A stretch of 63,699 nt of DNA, counting the filler, from Asterionella formosa (taxonomy: Eukaryota), in assembly GCA_002256025.1 (NCBI GenBank). It is 14 parts of 14 records of this genome, joined end to end, with 100 filler letters (N's around TTAATTAATTAA, not from the genome) between each part and the next. Parts side by side here need not be neighbours in the genome. Positions count along the whole stretch, not along the records: positions 22,942 to 45,764 come from NKIB01002618.1; 13 more parts are not named here. One strand, written 5' to 3'. Shown piece after piece: positions 22,942-34,713 of the stretch. Numbering within the stretch: position 1 is the stretch's first letter; every line of letters starts with the position of its first letter. The translations under genes and the position numbers were made by a program. The notes under the pieces were generated by a model. It had not been told where the DNA came from. It worked only from the letters and a program-made list of their open reading frames with translations, and did not search any database.

Positions 22942-23380
22942 ATACATTTATGTATAATTATTCTACCGGTAACTACATTTGAAAAGCATTGGTATTGACG
23001 ATGTACCGGTAGAGACAAAACTAAGTACAAAGGTATTTTCTGAATGATCCATCATCTATGATACTAACTCATTGTTAATAGAGTGCATGATAATACATAC
23101 TACCAGGTACCAGGTACTATTAATTACATGAGGGTCTGATGAAGATTGAAGACAATGCACACATACATGCCGGTAGACCTGTATGAACATGGATATGTGT
23201 GGAGGTACCTGGTACCAGGTACCAGGTTACCAGGTATCATACCTATCATGCCTGGTACCCTTTTTGCTTTCATTAACAAGGACGCCATTTCCCTCTCAGC
23301 AACATTCTTGTTGACGACCAAGTCATTGTCCCATTCAATCCATCCTATTTAACGCAAAAGGAACTACACATCGTACAAGG

Positions 23381-23656
23381 ATGTCTTTTATTTCCGAAGT
23401 CATGGCCCCCGGAGGCGGGATCAAGCTAATCCCTTTTGTCCGTGTCATTGTTGGTCTCTTGTTGGTTTGCACGATTGGCATCTTTATTGCCGGTGTGGCT
23501 CGGATTCACATGGCAATTTTGATCTTCCTGAGTTCTGGTTTATTATTCAGTCTTCAAATGTTTGAGACAGCTTACAATGAAGCTAATGGTGGAGGAAATT
23601 CGGGTGTCGTGAGCAGCGAAAGTGCGACGACTGGCAGTAGTACCAAGACGGATTAG
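23381..23656 (+). CDS. Small two-TM membrane protein, Pkr1-like (V-ATPase assembly factor family)
   Basis: 91 aa; SF..EV..PG, TM1, IH, TM2 ending L..SL..F and a polar tail, resembling the Pkr1 pattern. The family call is tentative. Confidence 0.65.
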   Translation: MSFISEVMAPGGGIKLIPFVRVIVGLLLVCTIGIFIAGVARIHMAILIFLSSGLLFSLQMFETAYNEANGGGNSGVVSSESATTGSSTKTD

Positions 23657-24657
23657 AGATTTGATGGGGCAAGACGAACGATATTTAGAGTTTCTGCATT
23701 CAGACGCAAGAATCAACCAAGCTTTCGTTTTGAATCTCTTCTGGGATGCATTATAACGTGAGAGTTCATTTTTCTAATGCAGTGGGCGAAAAGTAATTCG
23801 ATTTCACAATTTGCACTCTTTATTAAACTGCCTATCTACTACTCGTATGGACACACTCTTGCGCGTGTTTTTTATGTTTGATGATGGCAGGTCACATTGT
23901 TCATTAAACTATCATGAAACTGAATCCACGGTCGGGGATGGATTTTTTATCCAATATTTTTTTGTTTATGTTTGTTTTGGACAGCCATTTACTACTTGTC
24001 TACGTTCCACTTGTTTGCGTGGCAAAAATTGTAAGGATCCTCCTTGTAATACGATCCGCATGTATTTAGCCTCTTATTTTGGTTTGTTGACGGTGCGTTA
24101 TCAGTAGATAGCTTGGGCACACTCATCAACATGGAAAGTCAGCTGTATTACACATTGTCGTCTCGCTTCCATATGTACTATGATGCATGTCGCGATCCTG
24201 CATACGACGAAATGTTTGCAAATCTTGCATGTCATGACTGCATTTGAGTGGCATTGCTTTAGCTCACCGGTGATGGAAAATAAGTTGTAACAACTTGGTT
24301 CAAAGAATATCGCTTCTTGGGAACATTATCACAAGGGCCAGGGTGAGTTCTTTTCTGGCATCTACACGTTCTCGTTGGTGTAGTTGTAACCGTTCAAGTC
24401 GTAATCATTAGCATAATTTTGTTTTATGGTTGTTGTCTATATTCAGCATGTACCTGTGACATTCAAGAATAAACATGCAACTGTAAGAATTAATTGTTAA
24501 CGCTGCTGATCTAGTGTTGGTGCATTTATTTCCAAGATATTCGGCTTGTCCGGTTATCACTTCGTACAAATGATGCCGCATAAGTTGGTTCATCGTTTCT
24601 ACGACACGTGTAAAATGTAGTTGCAATGTAGAATTCATGGGTCATCGAACAATGTCA

Positions 24658-25574
24658 TCAAACCCCAACCATGTCACCAAGGAATGCGTCCAGGTCAGCA
24701 TCAACGACAAGCGGAAATTGATCTTCGTAGGAAGAGAACGCATCCATTAGAAAATCTCCAAGTTCCGTCTCCTCCAAGTCTTCTGAGTTGGATGACAGAT
24801 CACTTGCAGTCTCAAACGTCGTTGTCTCTGTTAACGAGGAACTAGCATCAGGAGCTAGCGGCTCAAAAGTATCATCATCATGGATTGACTTCACTGCTGG
24901 AAGGTAAAACATAGGAGGAACATGAGTTCCTTTAAGGGTGATCAAATAGACTCGGCTGGTCGAGAGATCATAGTCATGATGTTTTGATACTTTTGGTCCA
25001 CTAGTTCTTGATGGCTGTTCCTGTCAGAGAGAGAGAAACGAGAAGGCAAACGGTTGGAGACAGGAGAGAGGCAAGGAGATGAAACCTCCGACGGACAGGG
25101 GGAAACAAAAACACTGCGCGAATCCTTTCCCCGTACGAGAGTTTTTTCTTGTGAAATATTGCGAGGTACAAAGAGAGGAGTGCTGCTGTCCCCGCGTGAT
25201 TCCAACTCCATGATGCGGGCTAGAGCAGCCTGATACTTCGTGTTCAAAGCAGAAACTTCACTTTCGAGTTCCTCAATACGGTCGCGCGTTCGTTTGCGAG
25301 ACTCAGCAGCAGACTCGCGATTGCGAACACGACGAGCTTCCTTTCTCCAGGAGGTAAGTTCATCTCGGGTCATGGGCACGCCAGGATCGTAGCGAGCTTG
25401 CAGCTTGATCCCGGTCGGATGAGGCTTGGGGTCGGATGAAACTGCCTCAGGGACCTCGGCGTACTCCTCCTCCTCTGCGCATTGCCTCTTGACATCGCGA
25501 TGTAAACGATGCATGCGGCGCTTTCGGGCCAAGCCCGCTTGTTCGTCGGTAGCTGCTGCTGTGTCTACAGTCAT
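24658..25574 (-). CDS. bZIP transcription factor, HAC1/XBP1/bZIP60-like; unspliced 210 aa, predicted spliced 285 aa join(25574..24956,24896..24658)
   Basis: Basic region ARRVRNRESAAESRKRTR plus leucine zipper. A downstream acidic ORF in another frame is joined by removing 59 nt between two CAG|CNG hairpin loops. Confidence 0.88.
24897..24955 (-). other. Putative IRE1-type unconventional intron (59 nt)
   Basis: 5' hairpin GAC-[CAG|CCGA]-GUC and 3' hairpin CUUC-[CAG|CAGU]-GAAG; no GT at the 5' boundary. Confidence 0.75.
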
Positions 25575-26438
25575 GTTTGCAAACTTGTGTCATCGTTCAT
25601 GACCAAGCATGAGTCGAAAAGTGAATGAGATGGAAACAAAAGTCACCTTTTCAGACGCACATCAAAGGTAAAGAAAAAATGACCCTCGCTGGGTGCTACT
25701 GTGGCACCAATCGCAATAGAAAAAGGGGTAGAAAATCGAAGCTGGTAAGAACCCACAAAATTTGAGTACTATTGAAAATTGCAATGTGGCAATTTTTTGG
25801 CTCATGACCCGGAACTTGTCGCCAGCACAGCAGCCGCTTTATACGAGGAGCGCGGTACTAACGGCATGATATACCGGTATACATAGTATTTCATGATTCA
25901 TGCGGAGGAATGTGCTTCGATAGAAGAAATTCGACGAAAGACGCCCATGGTTGGCTCATGCTGGCTGGAGAACTGATCCATGACGCACCGTGACGACAAG
26001 AATCAGGTACCGGCAGTACGATACCGGTAGTCAAGTCTGGCCAACAAGCTCAGCCTTCAGCAAGTAGACAAAATTCTTGTCTATTTTTTTAATGCTATTT
26101 TGGGATGAAGTGTAATAACAGACTTTAGTTTACAAAACTAAATATCATAGCTAATATTAATTATTAAGCAAATCAGTAGAACAAACGTTTGATCCTAAAA
26201 TGCTACGTATTGCTCTGTCGGATGGCTACTTCATGGGTTTGTTCGCCAATGAAGGAGATGAGAAGCTATAGTACGTGGTGAGGGCAGATGCCGAGAAACA
26301 CCAATCCTAAAACAGTGGACCGACAAAAGATAAAAGTACTTGCCCTATTTTCCCTTGAATTAACGAAATTGTTTCTTAGTTCCCTGCACCTACCCGAAAT
26401 TGCAGGAAACCTGATATCTAGCACACTTCGGGCGGAAT

Positions 26439-27950
26439 TCAATGAGTAATAGGCGTTTCACTAGCAACAAATTCTTCCCAAGATTCAATAATATCTCTCC
26501 CCTCCGACGGATCTGATCGTCGCAAATTCAGGCATTCCCGTAACAAGTTCCCAGAGACATGAGGTGGAATTCTAGTGCAAGCCGTGCACCACCCTGACTT
26601 TGTGCAAATTTCTCTTCCTGTCTGAACCGACGGTACATGCAGCCCACAACGGACACATCGTTCATCCTTATGTGGGCTGCGAAATGGTCCAAAGCGAGAG
26701 TTATTTCGTGCGATTCCCCCTCCCAAAACTGATTGGGCAGCCAAGACGCCAATGCCTTTTTGAATATCCCATAAGTCGTCTGACTTGCCCCTGAGACAAA
26801 CTGGTAGCTCTCTGATGCGGTCAAGTCGAATTTGTTCTGGAAAATCAGTGTCCGAATTAAGCCGTAATCTATGGTCATCCTCGCGCTCCAACTGACGCCG
26901 CAAGTTGTGAAATCGATTCTTTATCCCATTGTCTGTCCTTCCTGGAATCATCTTACTCATTTGGGCCCAATGACTTCCACTTGAATTATAAAAGGCGAAA
27001 ATTGTGGCATCTTCCACGGTACTCCAGTCTGCCACCTTGAGTCTGGGGTTCAAGTGATTCACATAACGTTCACGGCATTGTTTTCCAGTTCGTTCAGGGA
27101 GCGATTGGGCAACAAGACTCCATTTCATTGGCATTTTCATCGTCTGCACCATTTGTAAGAGCAATTGGTCTTCTTCCTTGGTCCACACCTTTGGACCAGA
27201 CTTCCGTTTCAAAGCTGCGGCCACGCTGTTGTCGAATGGAGGTGAGGGAGACGAGTCAGTTCGGCCTTCGGGTGATGCAGCAGGAGGTGGGCCTGCTAGG
27301 TGAGCTGGCGGAGGATGTCGTATACTACCAGTCACGGCAGGAGGATATCCTGGATACGGTTCACCAGTTGATGCGTAAGGTTGACCTGCATAATGATATC
27401 CATAGTGATGTGGGTAAATTTGAGGCGGAGGAGCTCCAGTAGGATAAAATGATGGTTTAGTCGCAGGGTGAGGCAGCGCATGTGTCCATCGCTCTGAGTC
27501 TTGAAAGCGCACAGGCCGATCGGTAATAATTGGAGATGGTGCTCCTTCCGGCAACAACAACTCTCTCGCACGATTTCCTGTAGCTGGCCCGACACCCCCT
27601 TCGGAACCAATCTTGACCCATTCTGTATCCCCATCAGAGTAACGTAGCAAATGTTCTTCATTCCTATCATCGTATTTTTCGACGACTCCAGTGTACCAAC
27701 AGTTATCAACTGGCCAAAATACTTTAACCTTGTTTCCAATCATGCACTCGGGACAGAATCTTAGTTTCAGTTTGAGCAGGGGCAAGCTAGTGAGCAAAGC
27801 AGCGCGGTTGATTCAAATTAACGCACAGGCAGTCCTTTTCCTTAGACCTCACCTCGGCCTTACGCCAACAGGAACAACAATATCTGGATCATCGCAGGCC
27901 AAGAGGGGGAAGCCCGTCTTTTGACAGTTCAAGCAGTGCTCTGCTGTCAT
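26439..27950 (-). CDS. R2R3-Myb transcription factor with N-terminal Tudor-like domain; join(27950..27853,27759..26439)
   Basis: Myb repeats WTKEED...W..VAQSLPERTGKQCRERYVNHL and WSTVED...W..MSKMIPGRTDNGIKNRF. Tudor-like IGNKVKVFWP..NCWYTGVV..YD......LRYSDGDTEW. A 93-nt GT-AG intron gives MTAEHCLNC...VRPR/FCPEC. Confidence 0.88.
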
Positions 27951-29107
27951 GGTCAGCAGTGATATGTTGAGGTGTATCTTTCCAGCCGGCTCCGTTTGTC
28001 CACGATGGGAAAACGTTACGATCTTTCAAGAAATGCGCAGAGCAATTGTCTTCATTCCCTAGTTCCCAACAGGAACAAGACCAAATATCGATGTGCAGTA
28101 TGTATTCATTCACATGTATAATAAATGCATAAAATATCACAAATTCGATACAAAATTTTATAGTCACTGCTATGTAACATTATGGGAATAATATCATGTG
28201 GTACGCATGTGTGACACGTATGGTACCCTGGTAGCAGGCAGAAAATGGAAAATGAATATTATGTGATCTTTATATCGGAATATACGTATAAATGGTAATT
28301 ACGGTACTTTATCATCAGTTTAGTAAAGTCCATGTAGCTATGTTCGACGAATGATATATAGAGTAAGTTTCAATTTGTCTTTAGCACCTCCTACATATAC
28401 GTACGACAGGCAGAATATCGAAGTCTTCAACGATTCTCCGGGTTTCGCCAGAGTGAATGGAAACGAAAACTAGTACCTGGTACCAGGTACCAGGTACGGG
28501 GGTAAGTATGTGTGCATATAATAACCTCTTTTTACTCTATTGTACACATATATACAGTACCGTTATGTTTGCATACCACTGGGCTGATATACAGTACCAG
28601 GTACCAGTACCAGGTACCGTACGGTACTTGGTAGTTCGGAGTACAAATTTTTTTTAACTTGTGCGTTGTGTAGCTAGCGTGCATTACCATGTAGGTACCT
28701 GTTACCTGGTACAATGGGTAGTGGTCGTGTCGTAAAAATGCATGCAGTACTGGCCTTCCTATTCGCTCAGCACGTTATTGCATACCGTATACCGGAATAC
28801 ATTTGCCTTCTTATTTCCTTTCTTGTCTTCATGATAATTTTCGCGGCACAGTGATATTGTAACACAGTAACTGGAGAACTCGGAGCACCAGACAACTTGT
28901 ACAAGGTACCGTACTGGTACCTAATTCCGGTGGTAATGTGATAATTGATAAATTTCCACCCTACATATGTATGAATTGACAACAAAGTGTTCCTTTTCTT
29001 AAAGAACTCCACATAACGACCTCGTTTCTACACACTTCCTATAGCCTCGTTTCTACACACTCATCAGCAACTTGATTTGTTGTGCTAAAAATTAAAATCT
29101 TTTGTTA

Positions 29108-30250
29108 TTAGAAACCCTGAAAGACTGCATCGTAGTCCGGTAGCCCCATGTCCTGTGTCCATACTTTACCGTCCAGTTTCTCGTAAACATGATCTAATGC
29201 TATTGGTTCCTCTGCGATTACTTGTAATGCTTGAGTATCAACATTCACATTTTCTTGTAACATTTTGGTCCACTTGCCACTTTTGGGGAAGGGCCTGGCT
29301 GCCCCAGGTCCTTCGCCCTTTCGTACTTTGATATTCTTCCAAAACGCAAACATCAGTGTGACCCTTCTGTCACTACCTTGACCCTTTCCTGGAATGACTC
29401 CATGGAGGACTCGCCCATCAAAAGCAACCATCCTGGCTTGCTTTGGGTGCGAAAGCCAGCCCTTGCTGGCTAATTCAGTATCGGCAAGTTTTTGATTGGT
29501 TACTAAAGATGGCCCACCAGAGTCTCCTGTCAAATAGAGAATTGTTGAAATAATGGGATTCCTAACGCCACCACGACCTTCATTGTCACTATCAAAATGT
29601 AACTGATGTCCCGACGCGTGAGGGCGATTGTGTGCCCACATTTCCACACATGTTGTCGCTTTCAACATCTTAAAATCTTTTCTGAGATGATGATGAACTT
29701 TCTTCATCAGTTTTCCAATGAACCCATGGTTTTCGAAATCCTTTTGGAGAATCAAATAAGAAAAGTATGGCGATGGTGGTTCAACTTCGTATCCATGATC
29801 CACCCAATAGCTTGCAGATGGATCTGAAAACGTAGATTGCAAATGCTGTAGCTCTGTTTCTGATAGAAAATTGTCGTATATTCGACACGGGCAGTGGTCA
29901 TGGGCAATTCTTTGATAGCTTTTACTGGCTATAAGGGGGTAGTCGAGTACATGGCTCGCCAGTCGACATGAATACCCAAGACTGCTTAAACCTGCATGTG
30001 CTCTTTCAGCTCGTCCCGACTGGCATAGCAAAAGCGCCATTCTTTCGCCGGCGGACTGATAGTCTTCCTTAGACAAGGCTTGGACTCGTTTGCGCTTGCC
30101 CTCTTTTGTTTGGATCGTTTTGGTGGCCAGCAGCGCCTCGCGGTACATAGTCTCGACTGTTTCAAGGTTGCCGTTGTCGAGCCAGAGGGTACGTGCTTCC
30201 CGACAAATCTCTACTGCTGACTTGATTGAAGTGCTTAGTTTGTCGGACAT
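29108..30250 (-). CDS. 2-oxoglutarate/Fe(II)-dependent oxygenase-like protein
   Basis: HxD (LHFDSD), ILYL strand, distal H (LHGV) and R (RRVTL). Likely start at MSDKL (30250); the ORF is open to 30364. Confidence 0.8.
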   Translation of the reverse strand: MSDKLSTSIKSAVEICREARTLWLDNGNLETVETMYREALLATKTIQTKEGKRKRVQALSKEDYQSAGERMALLLCQSGRAERAHAGLSSLGYSCRLASHVLDYPLIASKSYQRIAHDHCPCRIYDNFLSETELQHLQSTFSDPSASYWVDHGYEVEPPSPYFSYLILQKDFENHGFIGKLMKKVHHHLRKDFKMLKATTCVEMWAHNRPHASGHQLHFDSDNEGRGGVRNPIISTILYLTGDSGGPSLVTNQKLADTELASKGWLSHPKQARMVAFDGRVLHGVIPGKGQGSDRRVTLMFAFWKNIKVRKGEGPGAARPFPKSGKWTKMLQENVNVDTQALQVIAEEPIALDHVYEKLDGKVWTQDMGLPDYDAVFQGF

Positions 30251-30593
30251 GATGTTCGAAATGCAGATCATTAGGTTTCCTCGGATCGATATTATATCAT
30301 CATGGGAATGTTGATGTGCAACTGGAATGATCGGGTAAGACGACCGGTCCAATAATAGCTGCATCGATTATCGGAACCCCCAGTGCCGAGCAGCTTATTT
30401 TAGGACGGATTGTGTGGACAACATGGAATTTTTCTACGTGAGGGTCAGTTTACTCGAAAATGTTATCTTACTTGTTGATAGGTAGTTATTTAGTCGAGAG
30501 TATAACATGCAATCATTAATTAAACTAGACCTACTAGCAACAAAAAAATTATTTGAAATCAATTTATCATACATATATTCATTGAGTACATCT

Positions 30594-30656
30594 TGGAGAA
30601 TAGGTAGTAGGTTAGCTCACCTTCCCAGGTGGCAGGCTCAATTCCTGTATTCTCCA
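30594..30656 (+). other. Degenerate tRNA-like sequence (pseudo-tRNA or SINE head)
   Basis: TGGAGAATA/TATTCTCCA closing stem, A-box-like TAGTAGGTTAGC, CACC/GGTG arm and CAGG-CTCAATT-CCTG T-arm-like hairpin; only 63 nt. Confidence 0.35.
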
Positions 30657-30829
30657 CTTGCTTCGTTTATGTAGTCCCTTGGGTTCCAGCTGGTGAGCCA
30701 GACAACAAGCAGGTCTAAGGCTCTCTGGAGAGGAGGGGGGGGGGGGGGGATTTTTTTATTTTTTTTTAACTTTTATTTATTTAATAAANNNNNNNNNNCG
30801 CCCCCCCCGCCCCCCCCCCCCCCCCCCCG

Positions 30830-30869
<40 letters not shown>

Positions 30870-31157
30870 ACCATGAAATTTACTTAATAACTTTTATTCA
30901 TTGAATACATCTACATGTTGCCAAATGCTGCTTTACATTGGCTGGCCACTCAAAACGTGCGGAAAAAAGAATAGCTCAATTCATTATCAAAATTATATAA
31001 AGAAAGAAACAACAGTCATTTCATACACTTTCTATGGTTGTTACATTTCCATTGACCAAAACACCGGATATTTGATGGTTCTGATGATCAAAACAAGCAT
31101 TCATTTGTGTCTTCCTTTGTATCATTGACACTTTCATGGTTGCACAATCCACAATCA

Positions 31158-31502
31158 AAGTCAAGTTGCAATTGTTCTACTTTTATATCCTACTTTGTAT
31201 GTATGTTGAGAATAGGTTGTTAGAAAAATGGTCCTCATGCATCTGCATTTTGCCTGAGGTGGCCATAAGAAAATTGAATAAGCCCAAAAATGTATTTGGA
31301 AATGTAGTTGCCAAATTTAAATTTACTAAATGTATTTTTATAATATATAGAGAAAGATCAAAATTGGCAGCTACATTTGAAAAAACCGATTTGTGCTTCA
31401 AAGCAAAATGCAGATGCATGAGGACCCACTTTTCTTCAAACCAACTATTCCCAACATGCATAAAAAGTAGGATATAACAGTTGAACAATAGTTACTTGCC
31501 TT
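31158..31502. mobile_element. MITE/foldback-like imperfect palindrome (~345 bp)
   Basis: 'ttatatcctacttt...ggtcctcatgcatctgcattttgc' (31183-31253) is mirrored at ~31402-31477. Inner arms 'aaatgtagttgccaaa' and 'attggcagctacattt' also pair. Confidence 0.75.
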
Positions 31503-32273
31503 CCATTCACATGGAGCACTTGTTATGTCCAGATAGGATTCAGATGCCAGGGCACTTACATCATGTTTTTTGGCCTTTAGACTGTAAATTTGTATGCTAA
31601 CCCCTTAGATGCTCTCCCAATTTTGAGAGTACAAGAAGTTGGTGGGTCTTGTTTAGGTACCTTGATTATGTAACTTTATCAAAAGTATAGAATTTCTGGT
31701 TAGCATTGCTTGGGAACCCTTCCTGTAACCACAAGATGCCTCCCTGAGTATACAGTAGTACCCTGGTACTCCAATTGTAGACTACTTGGCTGGCACACAT
31801 GGTACAATATTGTCATACTGGGGGTGCATAGGATGATTCCAACTAGCTAAAGAATGTGGAGCACATTGTTATCACACCATGATAACAATTCAAGGTTGTT
31901 GTGGTCAGAATCATTGTAGGAAATGTCAGATTGCTTATAATGAACCTTGCCTGATCATTGCAGTTGCTAATTTTGACTTTTTTGAGCTGGAAGGTCTGGG
32001 AAAACACGTTTTTACTTAGGAAAACATTACGCTAAATATCTCGATTACCAGACCTTCCTGCAGAAATAGAGTAAGTGAAAGGTTTACCTAGAAGCCACCA
32101 GCATATGTGCTTGTCATGGGCGCCACTTGTTTGGTCAACCTACTTGCGCCTCCCAAGCCTTGAACACAAGAATACTCGCAGGCAGTCTCCACCCTCGGTC
32201 ATGTATTACCTTCAGCAAGTATTTGAACATTTCACAGTTTGAGGGACTACTGAATGCTTAATCAGTCAATCAC

Positions 32274-33267
32274 CTACATCTCCAAATTTCGTCCTCGCTC
32301 CTTCCCACGAAGCTTGAGTGATGACAATGGGGCTGGAATGGCCCGAAAACTACTAGCAACACTGGCAATGGTAGTGGATGACCCCTTCTTCCAGCGAAGT
32401 GCCGATGCACTTGCAATTAGCATGACTGCTTGACTAGCACCATTCGGAATGGTTGCAACCAGCCTTGCCTTGCGTGGAATTTCTGATTGAGTCGCTTGCG
32501 AGATGGTACTAAATGAAATATCCATGATTCGATAGTCACCCTCTTGCCTGCTGGAAATTAGCTTGACATCAGTAGGTGGACCATAAAAAGAAAAACGTCC
32601 AGTGGGAGACAGCAGTTCATTCAGGAAAAAGCTATCCTTCAGGTTATTGATTGTGGCGCCGTTGACATCATTTGTGACTTGTAAAAAAGCAGCGTCACCG
32701 GTTCTAGAATCTCGACATTCCACGTCAAAGACACTTCCCTTTGCTTCATGTGTGAAACATAGGTTTGGGTTCAGTTGCTTGGTTTCAAAACTCGGTAATC
32801 TTACCCTACATAACCAAACGTATCAACTATTGAACGCAGACAACCAAAAAGATAGACTTACCTAAAGGCCATGGAGAAACATAGCTGGCCAGGACCGCCA
32901 TGATTGGCTCCTTCCCCACCCCCTTGACAACAATTTCAGCCAGCACATCTCCACTCTTTTCATTCCGACTCACATCGCTTCCTTGGCGCAAAATGACACC
33001 TGTTTCAGGTCTTGACTTGCCGGCTTGACCAGACACGCCCATTGGCTGCGAGACTGTGCCTGTTTTCATGAAGTTATTAATATCCATCCCTTCAGCGCGA
33101 ATATCTGTACGCTCTTCTTCAGCAAACGCAGGGACAGCTATGCCAATAGCGAACCATCCGAGGGCCCCTCGGCGTGAGAAGGTTCCCGTTTCCTTTGTTG
33201 AGGAAAGGGCTGACACGGGGTTCGCAATCAACAGTGCAGCAACGATGAGGCAACTTGGAAATATCAT
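32274..33267 (-). CDS. Putative thylakoid-lumen protein (possibly PsbP-like); join(33267..32862,32743..32274)
   Basis: Signal peptide ending VSA-L, twin-arginine FSRRGALGW...PAFA cleavage site. A 118-nt GT-AG intron joins SPWPL/AKGSVFDVECRD in frame. Confidence 0.75.
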
Positions 33268-33780
33268 ATTGGGGGTAGTATAGACCAGCGATAGAGGATA
33301 GATCAGCAATGCATTCAACAATCAAATCAACAAAGTAACAAGCAGCGTCTAACAAGGAAACGGTCAGTTGGCTTGAAAGCTGAGGAGGGGGCGAAAATGA
33401 ATCTCGGTGTCAGCTAAAATGATGATGTTCATTTGCACGGTCGATCATGACATACGTCCTGCCTATGCCACATACTTAGAACCGTCGTTTGGCTGGCTGG
33501 TATACAGCATTCTAAATGTACCGGTATGTTCCAGGTACCGTAGTGACTTTATGCATTCATGATACCATCAGGGGTATCGTAAAAATCGAGATACATTATT
33601 GCTCCAATGAGATTGTTTGTTCGAATTAGTGTATTATTTCATATGGGCGATCGTTTCACAAAGAATATTAATAGAGTCGTTTTCATCAACACACCGTTTT
33701 CTTCGCATACCGGTAACTATTAATCATCGGTATACAATTGCAATCCCAATCCAACAGCATCAACATCACAAAGCATCATC

Positions 33781-34713
33781 ATGGGAGAACGTAAAGTCTT
33801 AAACAAATACCTCCCACCGGACTTTGACCCGTCACTAGTCCCACGCACCAAGAAACCAAAAGATGGTTTGGTTTCGGTACGCATGATGCTTCCCTTCTCT
33901 ATTCAATGCACCAATTGCAACTCTTTTCTCTATCGAGGACGAAAGTTCAATTCAAAGAAGGAAAACGTGGAAGGTCCGGATGGAAAATACTTGGGAATTC
34001 AAAGGTTTAGATTTTACATAAAATGCACCGCCTGTTCCAGGCCAATCACCTTTTTGACAGATCCCAAGAATGCCGATTATGAAATGGAGAATGGCGCGAC
34101 AAGGAATTACGAGATGAAGAAAGACCAGACTGAAACGGAAGAGCAATTCGATAAAGACAAGGAGGATGAAGAAAAGGAGGCGCCCTTAAAGGCTTTGGAG
34201 AATAGAGTATTGGCTAGTCAGCTGGAGATGCAAGAAATGGATGCTCTGGAAGAAATAAAAGCAATGAATATGAGACATCTTCAACTTCTGGCAAAGAATA
34301 AGGAGGCAGGTTTCGGACAAGAAGCCAAAGCTGTGTTGGATGCAATCGCTTTGAAGGAGCAGCGACATGTAGACGAAGAATTAAATGAGTCAGGAATTTC
34401 TCAAGCAGATGAAGCGATCATCAAGAGTATTCAATTTGGCAAAAAGCCATCGGAAGATACGGTAAAAAGATTAAACGAAGATGATGAACGTATATCAGAG
34501 GAGCGAAGGCTCCAGCAAACAATGATGTTTGAGAAGCAACAACAAGCACTCACATCGAAGCCAGCCACAAAAGTAGTCATGCCCGTTCTCAAAGCCAAAC
34601 GAAAAAGACCAGTTGCTCAACTGGAACCTGGGAAGAAGTCAACATCAGAAGAAAAGAAGAAAGAGACTAGTGGTTTGAGCCTACTGGGTGAATATGGGTC
34701 TGATTCTGATTAG
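33781..34713 (+). CDS. YJU2: Splicing factor YJU2/CCDC94 (Cwc16 family)
   Basis: MGERKVLNKYLPPDFDP, VRMMLPFSIQC..C, KFNSKKE, YLGI..FRFYIKC..C, TDPKNADY..ENGATRN; C-terminal LLGEYGSDSD. Confidence 0.93.
   Translation: MGERKVLNKYLPPDFDPSLVPRTKKPKDGLVSVRMMLPFSIQCTNCNSFLYRGRKFNSKKENVEGPDGKYLGIQRFRFYIKCTACSRPITFLTDPKNADYEMENGATRNYEMKKDQTETEEQFDKDKEDEEKEAPLKALENRVLASQLEMQEMDALEEIKAMNMRHLQLLAKNKEAGFGQEAKAVLDAIALKEQRHVDEELNESGISQADEAIIKSIQFGKKPSEDTVKRLNEDDERISEERRLQQTMMFEKQQQALTSKPATKVVMPVLKAKRKRPVAQLEPGKKSTSEEKKKETSGLSLLGEYGSDSD

Noticed and set aside
30733..30870. Poly-G/poly-C tract and poly-Pro ORF
   Set aside because: Flanks an N gap; typical low-quality sequence.
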